This document shows, in pieces, positions 18,161-27,954 of a stretch of DNA of 64,000 nucleotides; the first letter of the stretch is position 1; each line of letters opens with the position of its first letter. The notes below the pieces were generated by a model. That model was not told the DNA's origin and searched no databases. It saw only the letters and a program-made list of their open reading frames with translations. The stretch spans positions 1-64,000 of the IMG/VR virus record IMGVR_UViG_3300009788_000098; one strand, written 5' to 3'. This DNA is from a virus. A program made the position numbers and the translations under genes.

Positions 18161-19140
18161 AAGTTGGAATTGATTTAGGATATAATGCAGTAAAGGTGGT
18201 GTCTGACAGCGGGAATAAGACCTTCCCGTCTATGGTTGGCACCCCTGAACAGTCATCTTACGGCATGGGTGGGCGGACTACGTTCACTATCACCCATGAG
18301 GATAAGATGTATAACGTTGGCGAGGCTGCCATTGAGCAGTCCCGCTTTGCCGGACGACAGGAAGACCGTGAGTGGATAAACAGTACAGAGTACATGATAT
18401 TGTTCCTTGCTGCACTATCTACACAGAGGACTTCTGGGTCTGTGGATATGAGTATCGTAACCGGGTTGCCGTTGGCGTACTTCGAAGCTGACCGTGAGAG
18501 TGTACAGGAACGCTTTGAGAAGGTTCATCACGTGTACCGCGATGACCGCAAGGTGCTGACTGTCAATGTGAGACACTGTTGGGTAGCCCCTCAGCCGATG
18601 GGCACGTTGGCATCTATGGCGTTCACAAAGAAAGGTGATATTGCCAATGCTGATATTGCGCGTGGACGCGTGGGTATCATTGACATTGGCGGACATACTA
18701 CCAATATCTTGCACTCACTGAAGATGGAGGATATTAGAGCTGAAACAGAGTCCATAGTCATGGGTGGCTGGCATATTGCAAGGGCGATGCAACCCGTAAT
18801 TGAGGAACGTTGCCCTGGTGTAGATTGGAAATCCCACGAGATCGAACAAGCTATCAAGAACAAGTCCATCAATTACCGTGGCGATACTATCGATTTGTCT
18901 GATGACGTGAATACAGTCCTGAACCAGTTTGCTAACCCGATATTGGCGAAGGTGCGGGAACTATGGCCTGGTGATGGTGCGAGGTTGGACTGTATTTTGA
19001 TTACAGGTGGTGGGGCGCATCTAATTGGCAATCGTATCAAGAGTGACCTGAAACACAGCAAGGTCAGCATCATCGACGACCCAGTGTTTGCGAATGCGAT
19101 TGGGTATCATAGATTGGTATCTGTCGGAGAGAAGAAGTAG
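18157..19140 (+). CDS. parM: ParM/StbA actin-like partition ATPase
   Basis: GIDLGYNAVK, VTGLP, PQP, IIDIGGHTTN, ITGGGA, FANAIGY actin-fold motifs. Confidence 0.9.
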   Translation: MKVGIDLGYNAVKVVSDSGNKTFPSMVGTPEQSSYGMGGRTTFTITHEDKMYNVGEAAIEQSRFAGRQEDREWINSTEYMILFLAALSTQRTSGSVDMSIVTGLPLAYFEADRESVQERFEKVHHVYRDDRKVLTVNVRHCWVAPQPMGTLASMAFTKKGDIANADIARGRVGIIDIGGHTTNILHSLKMEDIRAETESIVMGGWHIARAMQPVIEERCPGVDWKSHEIEQAIKNKSINYRGDTIDLSDDVNTVLNQFANPILAKVRELWPGDGARLDCILITGGGAHLIGNRIKSDLKHSKVSIIDDPVFANAIGYHRLVSVGEKK

Positions 19141-19457
19141 TGCCCGACACCGCCTACAAGCTCACCTGCAACACGGTACGAGACCTAGATGTCATCACAT
19201 ACCTTGATAAGTTCACAGTTTCAGAACGCAACACGACAATCAAGTTGGCGTTGAGACAGCACATGGTGAGCCAAAAAAGTATGCTAGAGACAGTTGAGGA
19301 ACTCGTTGTGCAGATATTGCGCGAAATAACAGACTTGCGGAAGTCGGGGGTTGCGGTAGCTCACGGTGGCAACGGAAGCGAACAAGACACATTGACAGAT
19401 GCTGAGAGAGAAGAGATTATTGGTAATGTAAGGAGAATTATTGATTTTGGAGATTAG
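19140..19457 (+). CDS. ParR-like ribbon-helix-helix adaptor
   Basis: Coupled to parM; YKLTC..RDLDVITYL...RNTTIKLALR beta-helix-helix N-terminus plus C-terminal helix. Confidence 0.6.
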   Translation: MPDTAYKLTCNTVRDLDVITYLDKFTVSERNTTIKLALRQHMVSQKSMLETVEELVVQILREITDLRKSGVAVAHGGNGSEQDTLTDAEREEIIGNVRRIIDFGD

Positions 19458-19460
19458 GAT

Positions 19461-19808
19461 ATGGAAAAAATAGATTTCAAAGGATTAGTAGAGCAGATAT
19501 TGTTGGATTTCTGGGGTGTAAGAGAACAATACCGCGATGAGTGGGGCAGGCAGCAGCGCAGCTTTACAATTGGCAAGCATAATGATATAGCGTGGCGAGA
19601 CTTTGTAACCACGATTTCGGGTACTGAGATACGCCCTGGTAATGGTATCAACAGCGTAATGGTCGAGTTTGCTATGGCGTTGACCATGGCACTCGTTACT
19701 GGGTTCAAGATCGAAGAGTTAGCAGTGGCCATAAAGGAAATGATGCCGAGTGACTTTGCACAGGATAAAGTAAAGAAGCAGTTGGCTCAGTTATTGGAGT
19801 TGCTGTAG
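19461..19808 (+). CDS. hypothetical protein
   Basis: ORF track. Confidence 0.6.
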   Translation: MEKIDFKGLVEQILLDFWGVREQYRDEWGRQQRSFTIGKHNDIAWRDFVTTISGTEIRPGNGINSVMVEFAMALTMALVTGFKIEELAVAIKEMMPSDFAQDKVKKQLAQLLELL

Positions 19809-19874
19809 TGTATTGCCCTTGACTAGCGTTTCCGAAAGTGGTGTATATATGTATAGACCGAAAAGGAGAAAACC

Positions 19875-20072
19875 ATGAGTAAATCAAGCAGTAGCAGTAG
19901 TGGCGGTATCGGGTTTGTTGGTTTGTTAACTATAGTCTTTATTGTCCTGAAACTAACGGGTGTCATTGACTGGCATTGGGCATGGGTAGTGTCACCAATA
20001 TTGATTTCATTAACTTGTGTTCTTCCCATAGTGGGCTTGTTCATTATAGTTATGGCACTCATAAAGGACTAA
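19875..20072 (+). CDS. small phage membrane protein
   Basis: SSSGGIGFVGLLTIVFIVLKLTGVIDWHWAWVVSP, a common phage TM family. Confidence 0.8.
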   Translation: MSKSSSSSSGGIGFVGLLTIVFIVLKLTGVIDWHWAWVVSPILISLTCVLPIVGLFIIVMALIKD

Positions 20073-20350
20073 CATGTGGAACAAACCCCCTGTGAAATTA
20101 CCACCGCTAGGTAAAAAGTTAGAAGTCCTTGATGATGGCGTGCTGAAACGTGCCACATGGACTAGCAGAGGGTTCATGCTGTGGGGGTTCATGGTCTATT
20201 TGAGACATGTTAGTGCATGGAGAGAAACATGATACCACCGCAATCAGCAGAAGTAGTAATGCCTATCTACAGAATTACATTCTCGCTGACTATAGGATTG
20301 TTGGGAGGAGCTGCATTTCTGCTTGCAGCATGGCTACACGAGAGAACAAA

Positions 20351-20578
20351 ATGAAAACTAAAGAAGTCCTCTACAAAGGCAAGTCGTTTGAAGTAGTCGA
20401 TATAACATCGGTTGCTACCCTGTATGTGCATGGAGAACGTGTCAATGACGCTGATGTCACAACCTGTCTACTGAAACTCTTCAAAGAGAACATGTACATT
20501 ATGCCAAGAGCGGATGACAAGTATGAGTTCTGTATAAACGTGGTGGGGTCTTGGAGGATTAATGAGAGAACTGATTAG
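20351..20578 (+). CDS. hypothetical protein
   Basis: Likely start MKTKE. Confidence 0.5.
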   Translation: MKTKEVLYKGKSFEVVDITSVATLYVHGERVNDADVTTCLLKLFKENMYIMPRADDKYEFCINVVGSWRINERTD

Positions 20579-21053
20579 TAATATCAAGAACGTGTTCTAC
20601 TGGCTACCGATTTTGTGGAAAGACCGTTGGTTTAGTTGGGAGTATTTGTTAGATATCATCGTTCACAAACTCAACAGTATGGAAGCACGTTTCAGAACTG
20701 ACAGTATCAAGTACTATGATTATCAAATTGCCGATGAGATTGCACAGGTCGCACGTATACTAAACGATGTCCGCAAAGATGTGTACTTCAACGTGACATG
20801 GAGAAGGGCAATAGAACTGTACGGTCAAGGGAAGATCGTATGCCTTGAGATGCGCGATGATGAATGTCCAGATGATTGTTCTGAACAGTGCTATGCCAAT
20901 ACTGTATATCCTGATAAACCAGAGGGTATGACAGATGAAGAGGCTCTCAGTGGTTGCTGTAAACTCTACAGAGAGGGCGATGAGAGACGCTGGTCAGACC
21001 TGCGCAAGGCAATGCGGTTGATGGGGGAAAACGCCCCTGAATGGTGGGATTGA
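20562..21053 (+). CDS. hypothetical phage protein
   Basis: IKNVFYWLPILWKDRW...WWD pattern. Confidence 0.7.
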   Translation: MRELISNIKNVFYWLPILWKDRWFSWEYLLDIIVHKLNSMEARFRTDSIKYYDYQIADEIAQVARILNDVRKDVYFNVTWRRAIELYGQGKIVCLEMRDDECPDDCSEQCYANTVYPDKPEGMTDEEALSGCCKLYREGDERRWSDLRKAMRLMGENAPEWWD

Positions 21054-21054
21054 C

Positions 21055-21255
21055 ATGGACAAACTAATTGAAGACCTCAAAGCACTAGAACTGTACGATA
21101 GAAGCATCGTTGTAGTCAAGACACCCTACCCGCAAAGTATAGAGTTGGGTGGGCTTGCAGAGGCACTGAAGACCGCGTTTCCTGGCGTGAAGTTCTGTTT
21201 GGTTTCTATTGGTCTTGATGAGGACATATTTACAGTTGACTTGGGTGAGGCTTGA
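21055..21255 (+). CDS. hypothetical protein
   Basis: ORF track. Confidence 0.55.
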   Translation: MDKLIEDLKALELYDRSIVVVKTPYPQSIELGGLAEALKTAFPGVKFCLVSIGLDEDIFTVDLGEA

Positions 21256-21280
21256 CCCTGTAACATAAAGTTGGTACAAT
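21252..21280 (+). promoter_or_regulatory. promoter
   Basis: TTGACC-17-TACAAT with TG. Confidence 0.7.
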
Positions 21281-21308
21281 TTATATATTCTAAACCTCGG
21301 AGGTAACA

Positions 21309-21590
21309 ATGGAAAATCTTTTATTGTCAGTAAGTGGAATGAACGAATATGTAGTTTTGGGGATCGCAGCCTTTGTCGTATTCCTTGTTGTAAGGACACT
21401 CAATTTTTTTGGGTATCTCAGCACAGGAACAATGAAGCGCATTGGAGTACTCGTTGGTAGTGCAGTAACGTCTAACATGCTGTGCGAGGCTGAGAAGGTC
21501 TTGAGCGCGGTTGTTATCGGGTTGCTGTCAGTTGGCTTCAATGAGCTGGTGACATTTATCGGGAAGGTCAAGATAAGTAAAAAAGCGTAA
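21309..21590 (+). CDS. membrane protein, holin-like
   Basis: 2-3 hydrophobic segments, basic C-terminus, GGAGG RBS, own promoter and terminator. Confidence 0.5.
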   Translation: MENLLLSVSGMNEYVVLGIAAFVVFLVVRTLNFFGYLSTGTMKRIGVLVGSAVTSNMLCEAEKVLSAVVIGLLSVGFNELVTFIGKVKISKKA

Positions 21591-21614
21591 GAGTCGGCAG
21601 CAAGCTATTGGGTT

Positions 21615-21642
21615 TGCGGGTGTCCCTCAACACCCGCATTTT
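21615..21642 (+). terminator. intrinsic terminator
   Basis: TGCGGGTGT-loop-ACACCCGCA-TTTT. Confidence 0.65.
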
Positions 21643-21837
21643 GGCAAGAAGTTTAGGTAAGGAGAAGGCATGAAAGTCATCAAAGTCAACAATCTGCGTG
21701 AGATCAAGGGGAAAAGATTGCACGTTGTTACTTGCGATGATGTCAAGCGTGCAGTACGCAGGTTTGAGCATGTGTATGGAAAGAAGCCGAAGGTGGTGTA
21801 CGATACCCCTAATGGGTTCTGTATGGTGGTGGAGTAG

Positions 21838-22191
21838 ATGAAAATAAACAAATGTGACTTTTGTGAGAGACCTACCATGATTCATTTTGTGCCCGTAATT
21901 GACGGCAAAGATAAAATTATGTGTATGGACTGTACTATCAATACACTGAATGAGTTGCTGAAAGAAGCTGAGAGACTGAAAGAACAATGTCGCTGGATAC
22001 CTGTTAGCGAAAGAGTGCCTAAAAGTAGCACGACAATGGTTGCTCTTATAAATATTTATGAGTGTGATTGGAATACAATTGGCTGGCTTGATGAGGAAGA
22101 GGATGAAGGGTGGGCGACAGACGGTGGATTTGTTCCATTAGGCCATTTTACCCATTGGCAACCCCTACCACCGCCCCCGGAGGATGAGTAA
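21838..22191 (+). CDS. Zn-finger plus DUF551-like protein
   Basis: CDFC...CMDC; RWIPVSERVP...FTHWQPLPPPP. Confidence 0.75.
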   Translation: MKINKCDFCERPTMIHFVPVIDGKDKIMCMDCTINTLNELLKEAERLKEQCRWIPVSERVPKSSTTMVALINIYECDWNTIGWLDEEEDEGWATDGGFVPLGHFTHWQPLPPPPEDE

Positions 22192-22353
22192 TGGGCAAGT
22201 TTGGTAAAGGCACACCAGAACAATTGTTATGGAAAGCAGTAAAGCAAGTCCAATATGGATATTACTGTGATAATTACTCACCAAACTATTCATGGGGAAG
22301 AGTAGTGCGAGCACTGTTGGCAATTATAGCACGCATTCATAGTGAGCATATAG

Positions 22354-23217
22354 ATGATTGACATTCTCCTCTGTGCCCCGACCTATCGTTCTAGTACCGC
22401 TGCAATACGGATGATAGAGTCACTGCATCACATTGATGCTAACGTGCTGTGCTTCATAACGGGGTCGAGAGAGGATGAGGAATTGTTGGTCATTGCTGAC
22501 TACCTGGTTGGCAAAGATTTTCCTGTCATTCTAGCGTGCGCGGAGCGCAATTGTGCTGCCTTCAACCAGGCATGGGGGTTCGTGTGGGCAGTGAACAACG
22601 GATTACATGCCAAGTACGTATGCTGGATAGATGATGATGTAGAATTTGTGCACAATGATGTTGCCATAATGCAGGCAATTGAGGGTGCTGAACCGTTTTC
22701 GTTGTTGTCTCTAGCATTACCTTGTGAGCCGCGGGAAAAAAACAATCCAATTGGCGCTGGGTGGTTGGATGCGTGTGGTATCGTTGCAAAGTTCGAGGAT
22801 TGTGTGAAATATGGTGTGAGGGATTCACAACCTGAAGCACCATGGATATTCTACACTGAAGTAGAGTACATGCACCGTATGTGTTACTTTACAAACAGAC
22901 CTACAGCTTCAAGTGTGGGTTGTTATTACTTGCATTATCAGCGCACCGATGCAGACCTCATTGAGAAGCGGGCTGAGACTGAGGCGGAGGCTTTCCACTA
23001 TGCTGGTCGTTTCTGGAAGGACAAGTTTGACATTGATGTTCACATAGACCCGATTGGAGACCCTGATGTTTGGGGTGAGTTGTGGGCATTGTGTAATACT
23101 GGGTATAACTATAACTTTGAGAAACATCTGATATTTGATGGGCGGTGGGTTGATTGGGAAGACATTTATAACAGTTATAATGTAGAGATATTAAGAGGAG
23201 TACAACAAGATGAGTGA
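22354..23217 (+). CDS. glycosyltransferase, GT-A fold (GT2-like)
   Basis: ILLCAPTYR N-terminus, YVCWIDDD DxD motif, YYLHY. Confidence 0.65.
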   Translation: MIDILLCAPTYRSSTAAIRMIESLHHIDANVLCFITGSREDEELLVIADYLVGKDFPVILACAERNCAAFNQAWGFVWAVNNGLHAKYVCWIDDDVEFVHNDVAIMQAIEGAEPFSLLSLALPCEPREKNNPIGAGWLDACGIVAKFEDCVKYGVRDSQPEAPWIFYTEVEYMHRMCYFTNRPTASSVGCYYLHYQRTDADLIEKRAETEAEAFHYAGRFWKDKFDIDVHIDPIGDPDVWGELWALCNTGYNYNFEKHLIFDGRWVDWEDIYNSYNVEILRGVQQDE

Positions 23218-23413
23218 AAAAGTAAAATGTGTATCGGTTTATCTTGATGGTTGTTACGGATATACTGTGCCAGCAAATCCAAAGGATATAGCCTGTATGC
23301 TTGATGGCGAATTGGACGGCATAGACCTTGGTGATGATGTGGTCATAGAGCTAAAAGTTGTTGGATTTACACAAGATGAAATAGATAACTTTGGCGAATT
23401 CGCAGGCTGGTGA
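23210..23413 (+). CDS. hypothetical acidic protein
   Basis: ORF track; GAGGAG RBS. Confidence 0.65.
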   Translation: MSEKVKCVSVYLDGCYGYTVPANPKDIACMLDGELDGIDLGDDVVIELKVVGFTQDEIDNFGEFAGW

Positions 23414-23680
23414 ACAAGGGATTGGGCAGAGATATATGGTGGTGGATGATTGAATATATGTCCTGCACAAACTGCAACAAGAATACGATGAAAGTTACTA
23501 TAACAACTGGAACAAAAGTGTTAGATTGTGGCACACTAAACAAAATAACTATCTGTAAATTCTCTTGTGAAGAATGTGGATGTTTACACGGAACGACATC
23601 AGTAAGTATCCCAAACTCAATTCCAGAAGCAGATATAGTTTTTGACAACTACATTTGCCACGAGAATATTGAGATGTTGA

Positions 23681-23839
23681 GTGATTGAGCTTGAGAACGG
23701 TTTCCAGTTGCACTTGGGGGACTGCCTTGAGGTGATAAAGAACTTGCCTAACGAGAGTGTTGATTTAATTGTAACTGATCCTCCATATGGAGATAGTAAC
23801 AGGAGTGTAAAATGGCACAACCAAAGAGAATTATTATAG
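23681..23839 (+). pseudogene. N-terminal fragment of a beta-class DNA methyltransferase
   Basis: VIELENGFQLHLGDCLEVIKNLPNESVDLIVTDPPYGDS, then homology ends at ACAGGAGTGTAA. Confidence 0.8.
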
Positions 23840-24231
23840 AGTACGATAATGGGTGTGCGGATGTAATCGACCTTTTTGAGGGCTGCTATAGTATGGACTG
23901 GGGGTATGGAGAGATTGGAGGGTATCGGAACGTTGAAGGCATAATGAGGTTTGTCATAAGAGGCACTGGCAGATTTCTTCGCAAACAAAAAGGTGACAAG
24001 TATTCTTGTAATCGGAAGGAAGAAACTATGAACGAAAAATTAAACTTGAACAATTATTCAGAACTGTTTTTCAAAGTTCCAGTTGATAGCAAGATGACTT
24101 ATGACGAAGCCAAACGACTTGTTGGCTGTATTTTGTACATAGAGGGAGGCGACGCGCTTGAGGTCACTTCTATTAGCGATGATGACGATTTCGTTTATAT
24201 AAATGTGGAGAAAATAGATGAAGATAACTGA
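23812..24231 (+). CDS. hypothetical protein (possibly two fused ORFs)
   Basis: AGGAG RBS; internal purine-rich RBS-like site and ATG at 24028. Confidence 0.5.
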   Translation: MAQPKRIIIEYDNGCADVIDLFEGCYSMDWGYGEIGGYRNVEGIMRFVIRGTGRFLRKQKGDKYSCNRKEETMNEKLNLNNYSELFFKVPVDSKMTYDEAKRLVGCILYIEGGDALEVTSISDDDDFVYINVEKIDEDN

Positions 24232-24404
24232 CATCAAGGTCGTTGACATTGATATTCCGTTCTTGAGGTGGGTTGGGATACTTATAAAAGTGACACTTGC
24301 TTCATTAGTAGTGTCAGTCATTGTGTTTGGTGTGCTGACAGTGCTGTTAGTTGCTGGCACGGTGTTTCTTGCGATGCTGGTATGACTAGACTTCAGTAAA
24401 GTCC

Positions 24405-24433
24405 TTGACAAGAACACAGATTAATGGTATACT
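24405..24433 (+). promoter_or_regulatory. promoter
   Basis: TTGACA-17-TATACT with TG. Confidence 0.8.
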
Positions 24434-24470
24434 GTGTATAGAAATATCCAACTAGTGAAAGGAGAAAGTT

Positions 24471-24845
24471 GTGAAAATTAGCAATAAATCACAGACCATA
24501 CTCAAAGAAACGTTTGCTCAATACAAAGATGCAGACCCAGTAGATTTCGGCATAAGCAAAACCCTATATGACCGTGCGGTGTTCCACATCTACCCTGTTG
24601 GAGATACCCTAAACGATGAGAACGAGGAATCAGCGGGCTACACAACCTGTCTGCTGTTCGACCTCCATATTTATGACACTAAGAACATGCAAAAATACAT
24701 ACTATCCAACAGAGACGGTATAGACTTCATCGGTTTCGAGAACGTAAAAGTCCACGTATTCAAAGACCAAAGCACGATGATTGCGGTGGACGTAGAGGAA
24801 ATACAAATATGTAATCTCAAGCTAGTAACGGTAACTCACACATGA
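24471..24845 (+). CDS. hypothetical protein
   Basis: AGTGAAAGGAG RBS after the promoter. Confidence 0.7.
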   Translation: MKISNKSQTILKETFAQYKDADPVDFGISKTLYDRAVFHIYPVGDTLNDENEESAGYTTCLLFDLHIYDTKNMQKYILSNRDGIDFIGFENVKVHVFKDQSTMIAVDVEEIQICNLKLVTVTHT

Positions 24846-24873
24846 GTGCAATAATTATAAAACGGACAACAAT

Positions 24874-25614
24874 ATGATTGAACTTAAAAATGGCTTCCAT
24901 TTGCATCACGGGAATTGTCTTGAAACGACAACACGAATGCCAAATAAAAGCATTGATCTGATAATAACTGATCCTCCCTATGGAGACAGCTACAAAAGTT
25001 GTTATCAGAATTATGACAATAGGGGAACAATACCCGTGAGAATTGAGCGTGAAGATTATTTTCAAGAAATAGAAGGTGACGAAGAGGTTCCTACCGAGTA
25101 TTTAATTGAATGTTATAGATTACTAAAAGATGCTTCTGCCATCTACATTTTTTGCAAATGGAACAAATGGCATATTCTTTTCCCCGCTGTAGAACAAGCA
25201 GGTTTCAAGATAAAGAATATGATTGTGATGAACAAAAACAATCATGGAATGGGGGATTTGAAGGGTAGCTATGCCCCCAAGCATGAGCTTGTAATGTTTG
25301 CTACTAAAGGAAAGCATATTCTAAGGTACAAGATGCGACCTAAAGATGTAATAAGAGCAAAGGTTCTATACAGTGGCTCAAGAAGATTACATCCTAACCA
25401 AAAGCCTGTAGAGTGGATAATACCATTTATTTTACATTCATCAGATGAAAGCGACACGATACTAGATTTGTATATGGGTTCTGGGACAACTGGCGAAGCA
25501 TGTGTCAACACCGCCAGGAATTTCGTGGGTATTGAGAAAGAGAAGAAATACTTTGATATAGCGGTAAAGCGCATCCGAAAAGCGCAAATGCAACCGTTGC
25601 TATTCCAACCTTAA
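24874..25614 (+). CDS. DNA methyltransferase (N6-A/N4-C, beta class)
   Basis: TDPPY, HPNQKP, DLYMGSGTT, GIE motifs. Confidence 0.92.
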   Translation: MIELKNGFHLHHGNCLETTTRMPNKSIDLIITDPPYGDSYKSCYQNYDNRGTIPVRIEREDYFQEIEGDEEVPTEYLIECYRLLKDASAIYIFCKWNKWHILFPAVEQAGFKIKNMIVMNKNNHGMGDLKGSYAPKHELVMFATKGKHILRYKMRPKDVIRAKVLYSGSRRLHPNQKPVEWIIPFILHSSDESDTILDLYMGSGTTGEACVNTARNFVGIEKEKKYFDIAVKRIRKAQMQPLLFQP

Positions 25615-25705
25615 CAACTCCAACTCCTCTGGAATATTTAAGATTAGAAGTGCATTTTCACCCTGTGCAGATGGGCAAGAATGGGGTAGAATACGTGTAC
25701 TATGA

Positions 25706-25816
25706 AAAGCAGTAAGGCAATGTCGATAACTATTGAAAGTTCCCCGTGTCCGTGGTCTGGCAAGGTCGCCCCTTACCTTACTGCTTTGGCCTTCTGACCA
25801 CGAACAAGGGGAATTT
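25706..25816 (+). ncRNA. structured leader: long stem-loop whose loop is complementary to an upstream sequence
   Basis: 25737-25757 pairs with 25796-25816 (19/21); loop segment 25776-25787 is the exact reverse complement of 25706-25717. Confidence 0.6.
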
Positions 25817-25863
25817 GCTTATTGATTTTAGTCCCAACAGGAAGGAGATAGGGAGTATTTTTT

Positions 25864-26811
25864 ATGGAAATGGTAAAAGAAGAGTTCAATTTGGTGGAGT
25901 TGCTGGAGGGCAGCTACGGTGACTATCGGGAGGCGGAGCCAGAACCAGACAACTGGTTTGACTTATTGGATGACCGCGTCTTTGAGGTTACCAGTGATAT
26001 GGAAGACGCTCTCAGAGACATGGACAGACGGAAAGAGCTGGATGAACGGCGTTTATCTCGTATAGCTGACTGTGGGAACTGGGCTTATTGGTTTGATCCG
26101 CACGCCGGGTCAATGAAAACGTATAAGTTTCGTTGTGACCTGTTCCGTGAGTGTCCAAAGTGCTTGGAGCAGAGAGCTAAGGCTGAATTCAAGCAGTGGC
26201 GAAAGGTAATGTACGAGCCAGTTGCCCACTTCACAATGGATAGTGGTGAAACGGATAGTTGGCTACGTAAAGCTGGCGCAAAGAAGAGTGATTATGTCAG
26301 ATACCCACAGAAAGACGGGACTGATGTGTTACTCGTGCAAAGAGATTTAATTCCTGACGCATCACTCGTCGGCCCTGAATGGTATCACCAACAGGATTGG
26401 ACAAAGATTATGGACACGCCTGAAGGTCGTAACCGTTCTGGAACGCTGCACGCTGGCCCACCCCCAAGTGGTAAGGAAGAGTACACGGTTATCACGACCA
26501 TGCAATTCCTCACAACCGCTGATTGGGTAGTGACAGCAGAAGCTATGCGACAGGTCATTGAGGACACAGGACATTATCGCCCTACAGAACCTCAACATGT
26601 TGTATCTTGTCTCACAGATCGCACGAACAAGACTGTTGCGAAGCTTTTAGCTGCTGGCTATGAGATCACGATCTACAAGAAGAAGTTCAAGCTGATACAC
26701 AGTAAGATTTCGTGGGATAATATAGATATACATACGGAAAATCTTACCAAAGTTCCGCTTCATGTATTGCACAAAAGACGGCAAAAACGGCTCGTCGCAG
26801 GTCTAATCTAG
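25864..26811 (+). CDS. putative replication (Rep-like) protein with Zn-binding motif
   Basis: RIADCG...FRCDLFRECPKC resembles the Cys cluster at the N-terminus of rolling-circle Rep proteins; function inferred. Confidence 0.45.
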   Translation: MEMVKEEFNLVELLEGSYGDYREAEPEPDNWFDLLDDRVFEVTSDMEDALRDMDRRKELDERRLSRIADCGNWAYWFDPHAGSMKTYKFRCDLFRECPKCLEQRAKAEFKQWRKVMYEPVAHFTMDSGETDSWLRKAGAKKSDYVRYPQKDGTDVLLVQRDLIPDASLVGPEWYHQQDWTKIMDTPEGRNRSGTLHAGPPPSGKEEYTVITTMQFLTTADWVVTAEAMRQVIEDTGHYRPTEPQHVVSCLTDRTNKTVAKLLAAGYEITIYKKKFKLIHSKISWDNIDIHTENLTKVPLHVLHKRRQKRLVAGLI

Positions 26812-26894
26812 CAAATTAGCCTACTTAGTCCATAAGTAGCGATAGTTGAAGGTCAACCGATGGTGGAAAGTAACAGGGAGATAGGTAAACTGAC

Positions 26895-26923
26895 TTGCAT
26901 ATTTTGTCAAGATATGGTATTAT
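26895..26923 (+). promoter_or_regulatory. promoter, probably producing a leaderless mRNA
   Basis: TTGCAT-17-TATTAT with TG; ATG 7 nt after the -10 box; shares TGTCAAGAT.TGGTATTATAGTGTA with 28361. Confidence 0.6.
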
Positions 26924-26929
26924 AGTGTA

Positions 26930-27562
26930 ATGATTGAATTAGATAGTGGTTTCCAATTGCATTTGGGAGATTGTTTACAAATTATGAAGGGTATGCCTGG
27001 TGGTTCTGTGGATGCGGTGGTTACCGACCCGCCGTATGGAATAGGACGAGTATGGAAAGGCGGTGCTTCATGTGGTTGGGCATCCGCACAGAAACAGACA
27101 TCCAAAAGGAACGAATGGGATGATAAACCACCCTCAAAAGAAGTATTTGATACTATTCTGTCCACTGGCAACACGGTGATTATATGGGGCGGGAATTACT
27201 TTGAATTGCCTACATCTCGCGGGTGGCTTGTATGGGTAAAGCCAGAGAGGGGCTTCACATTATCCGAGGCTGAGTTAGCATGGACTAATATGGATATGCC
27301 AATGAGAGTATTTGAGCATCGGCGCTCTGATAGAGGGCGTGTCCATCCTACACAGAAACCGCTTGGTTTAATGAAGTGGTGTATAACAAAATACACAAAA
27401 GAGAGCGACACCGTCCTCGATCCCTTTATGGGCAGTGGAACAACGGGAGTAGCCTGTCACTTGACGGGACGTAACTTTATCGGCATTGAAATTGATCCTG
27501 ATTACTTTGCCATAGCAGAGAAACGCATTCGAGAAGTGCAGATGCAACCGTTATTATTTTGA
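26930..27562 (+). CDS. DNA methyltransferase (N6-A/N4-C, beta class)
   Basis: TDPPY, IIWGGNYF, HPTQKP, DPFMGSGTT. Confidence 0.92.
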   Translation: MIELDSGFQLHLGDCLQIMKGMPGGSVDAVVTDPPYGIGRVWKGGASCGWASAQKQTSKRNEWDDKPPSKEVFDTILSTGNTVIIWGGNYFELPTSRGWLVWVKPERGFTLSEAELAWTNMDMPMRVFEHRRSDRGRVHPTQKPLGLMKWCITKYTKESDTVLDPFMGSGTTGVACHLTGRNFIGIEIDPDYFAIAEKRIREVQMQPLLF

Positions 27563-27777
27563 AAGGAGAAGTTATGAACGTTATGAACGGAGGATACCCA
27601 ATGCCAGATGAATTTGACCCCGATAACCTAGATACTGATAGACAGTTGACAGAGGTACTGGAAGAACAGAACAAAGAATTGAAAGCCGAGGTTGAGAGGC
27701 TGAAGAAATTATTGAAAGAAGCAATTTATCGCACCGATGCGCCTGCTGGTGAAGATTGTCTAGGGTGGCAAGGCTAA
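27559..27777 (+). CDS. hypothetical coiled-coil protein
   Basis: AEVERLKKLLKE segment shared with the 27951 ORF. Confidence 0.6.
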   Translation: MKGEVMNVMNGGYPMPDEFDPDNLDTDRQLTEVLEEQNKELKAEVERLKKLLKEAIYRTDAPAGEDCLGWQG

Positions 27778-27906
27778 AGAGTGGCGGAAATGAATCCTAT
27801 ATTTGCCTACATAATTACAGTTGCCGTGTGTAGTATAATATTCACCGTGCTTCTCACCATCTTCATTTATTGCGGCCTTGAAGAAGACTGGGGAGATTGG
27901 GATTGA

Positions 27907-27954
27907 ATGGTTGAACTAGAGAACGGATTTCAGTTGTACAGGAGTGTAAGATGA
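27907..27954 (+). pseudogene. vestigial 5' end of a DNA methyltransferase
   Basis: MVELENGFQL then ACAGGAGTGTAA junction. Confidence 0.6.
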
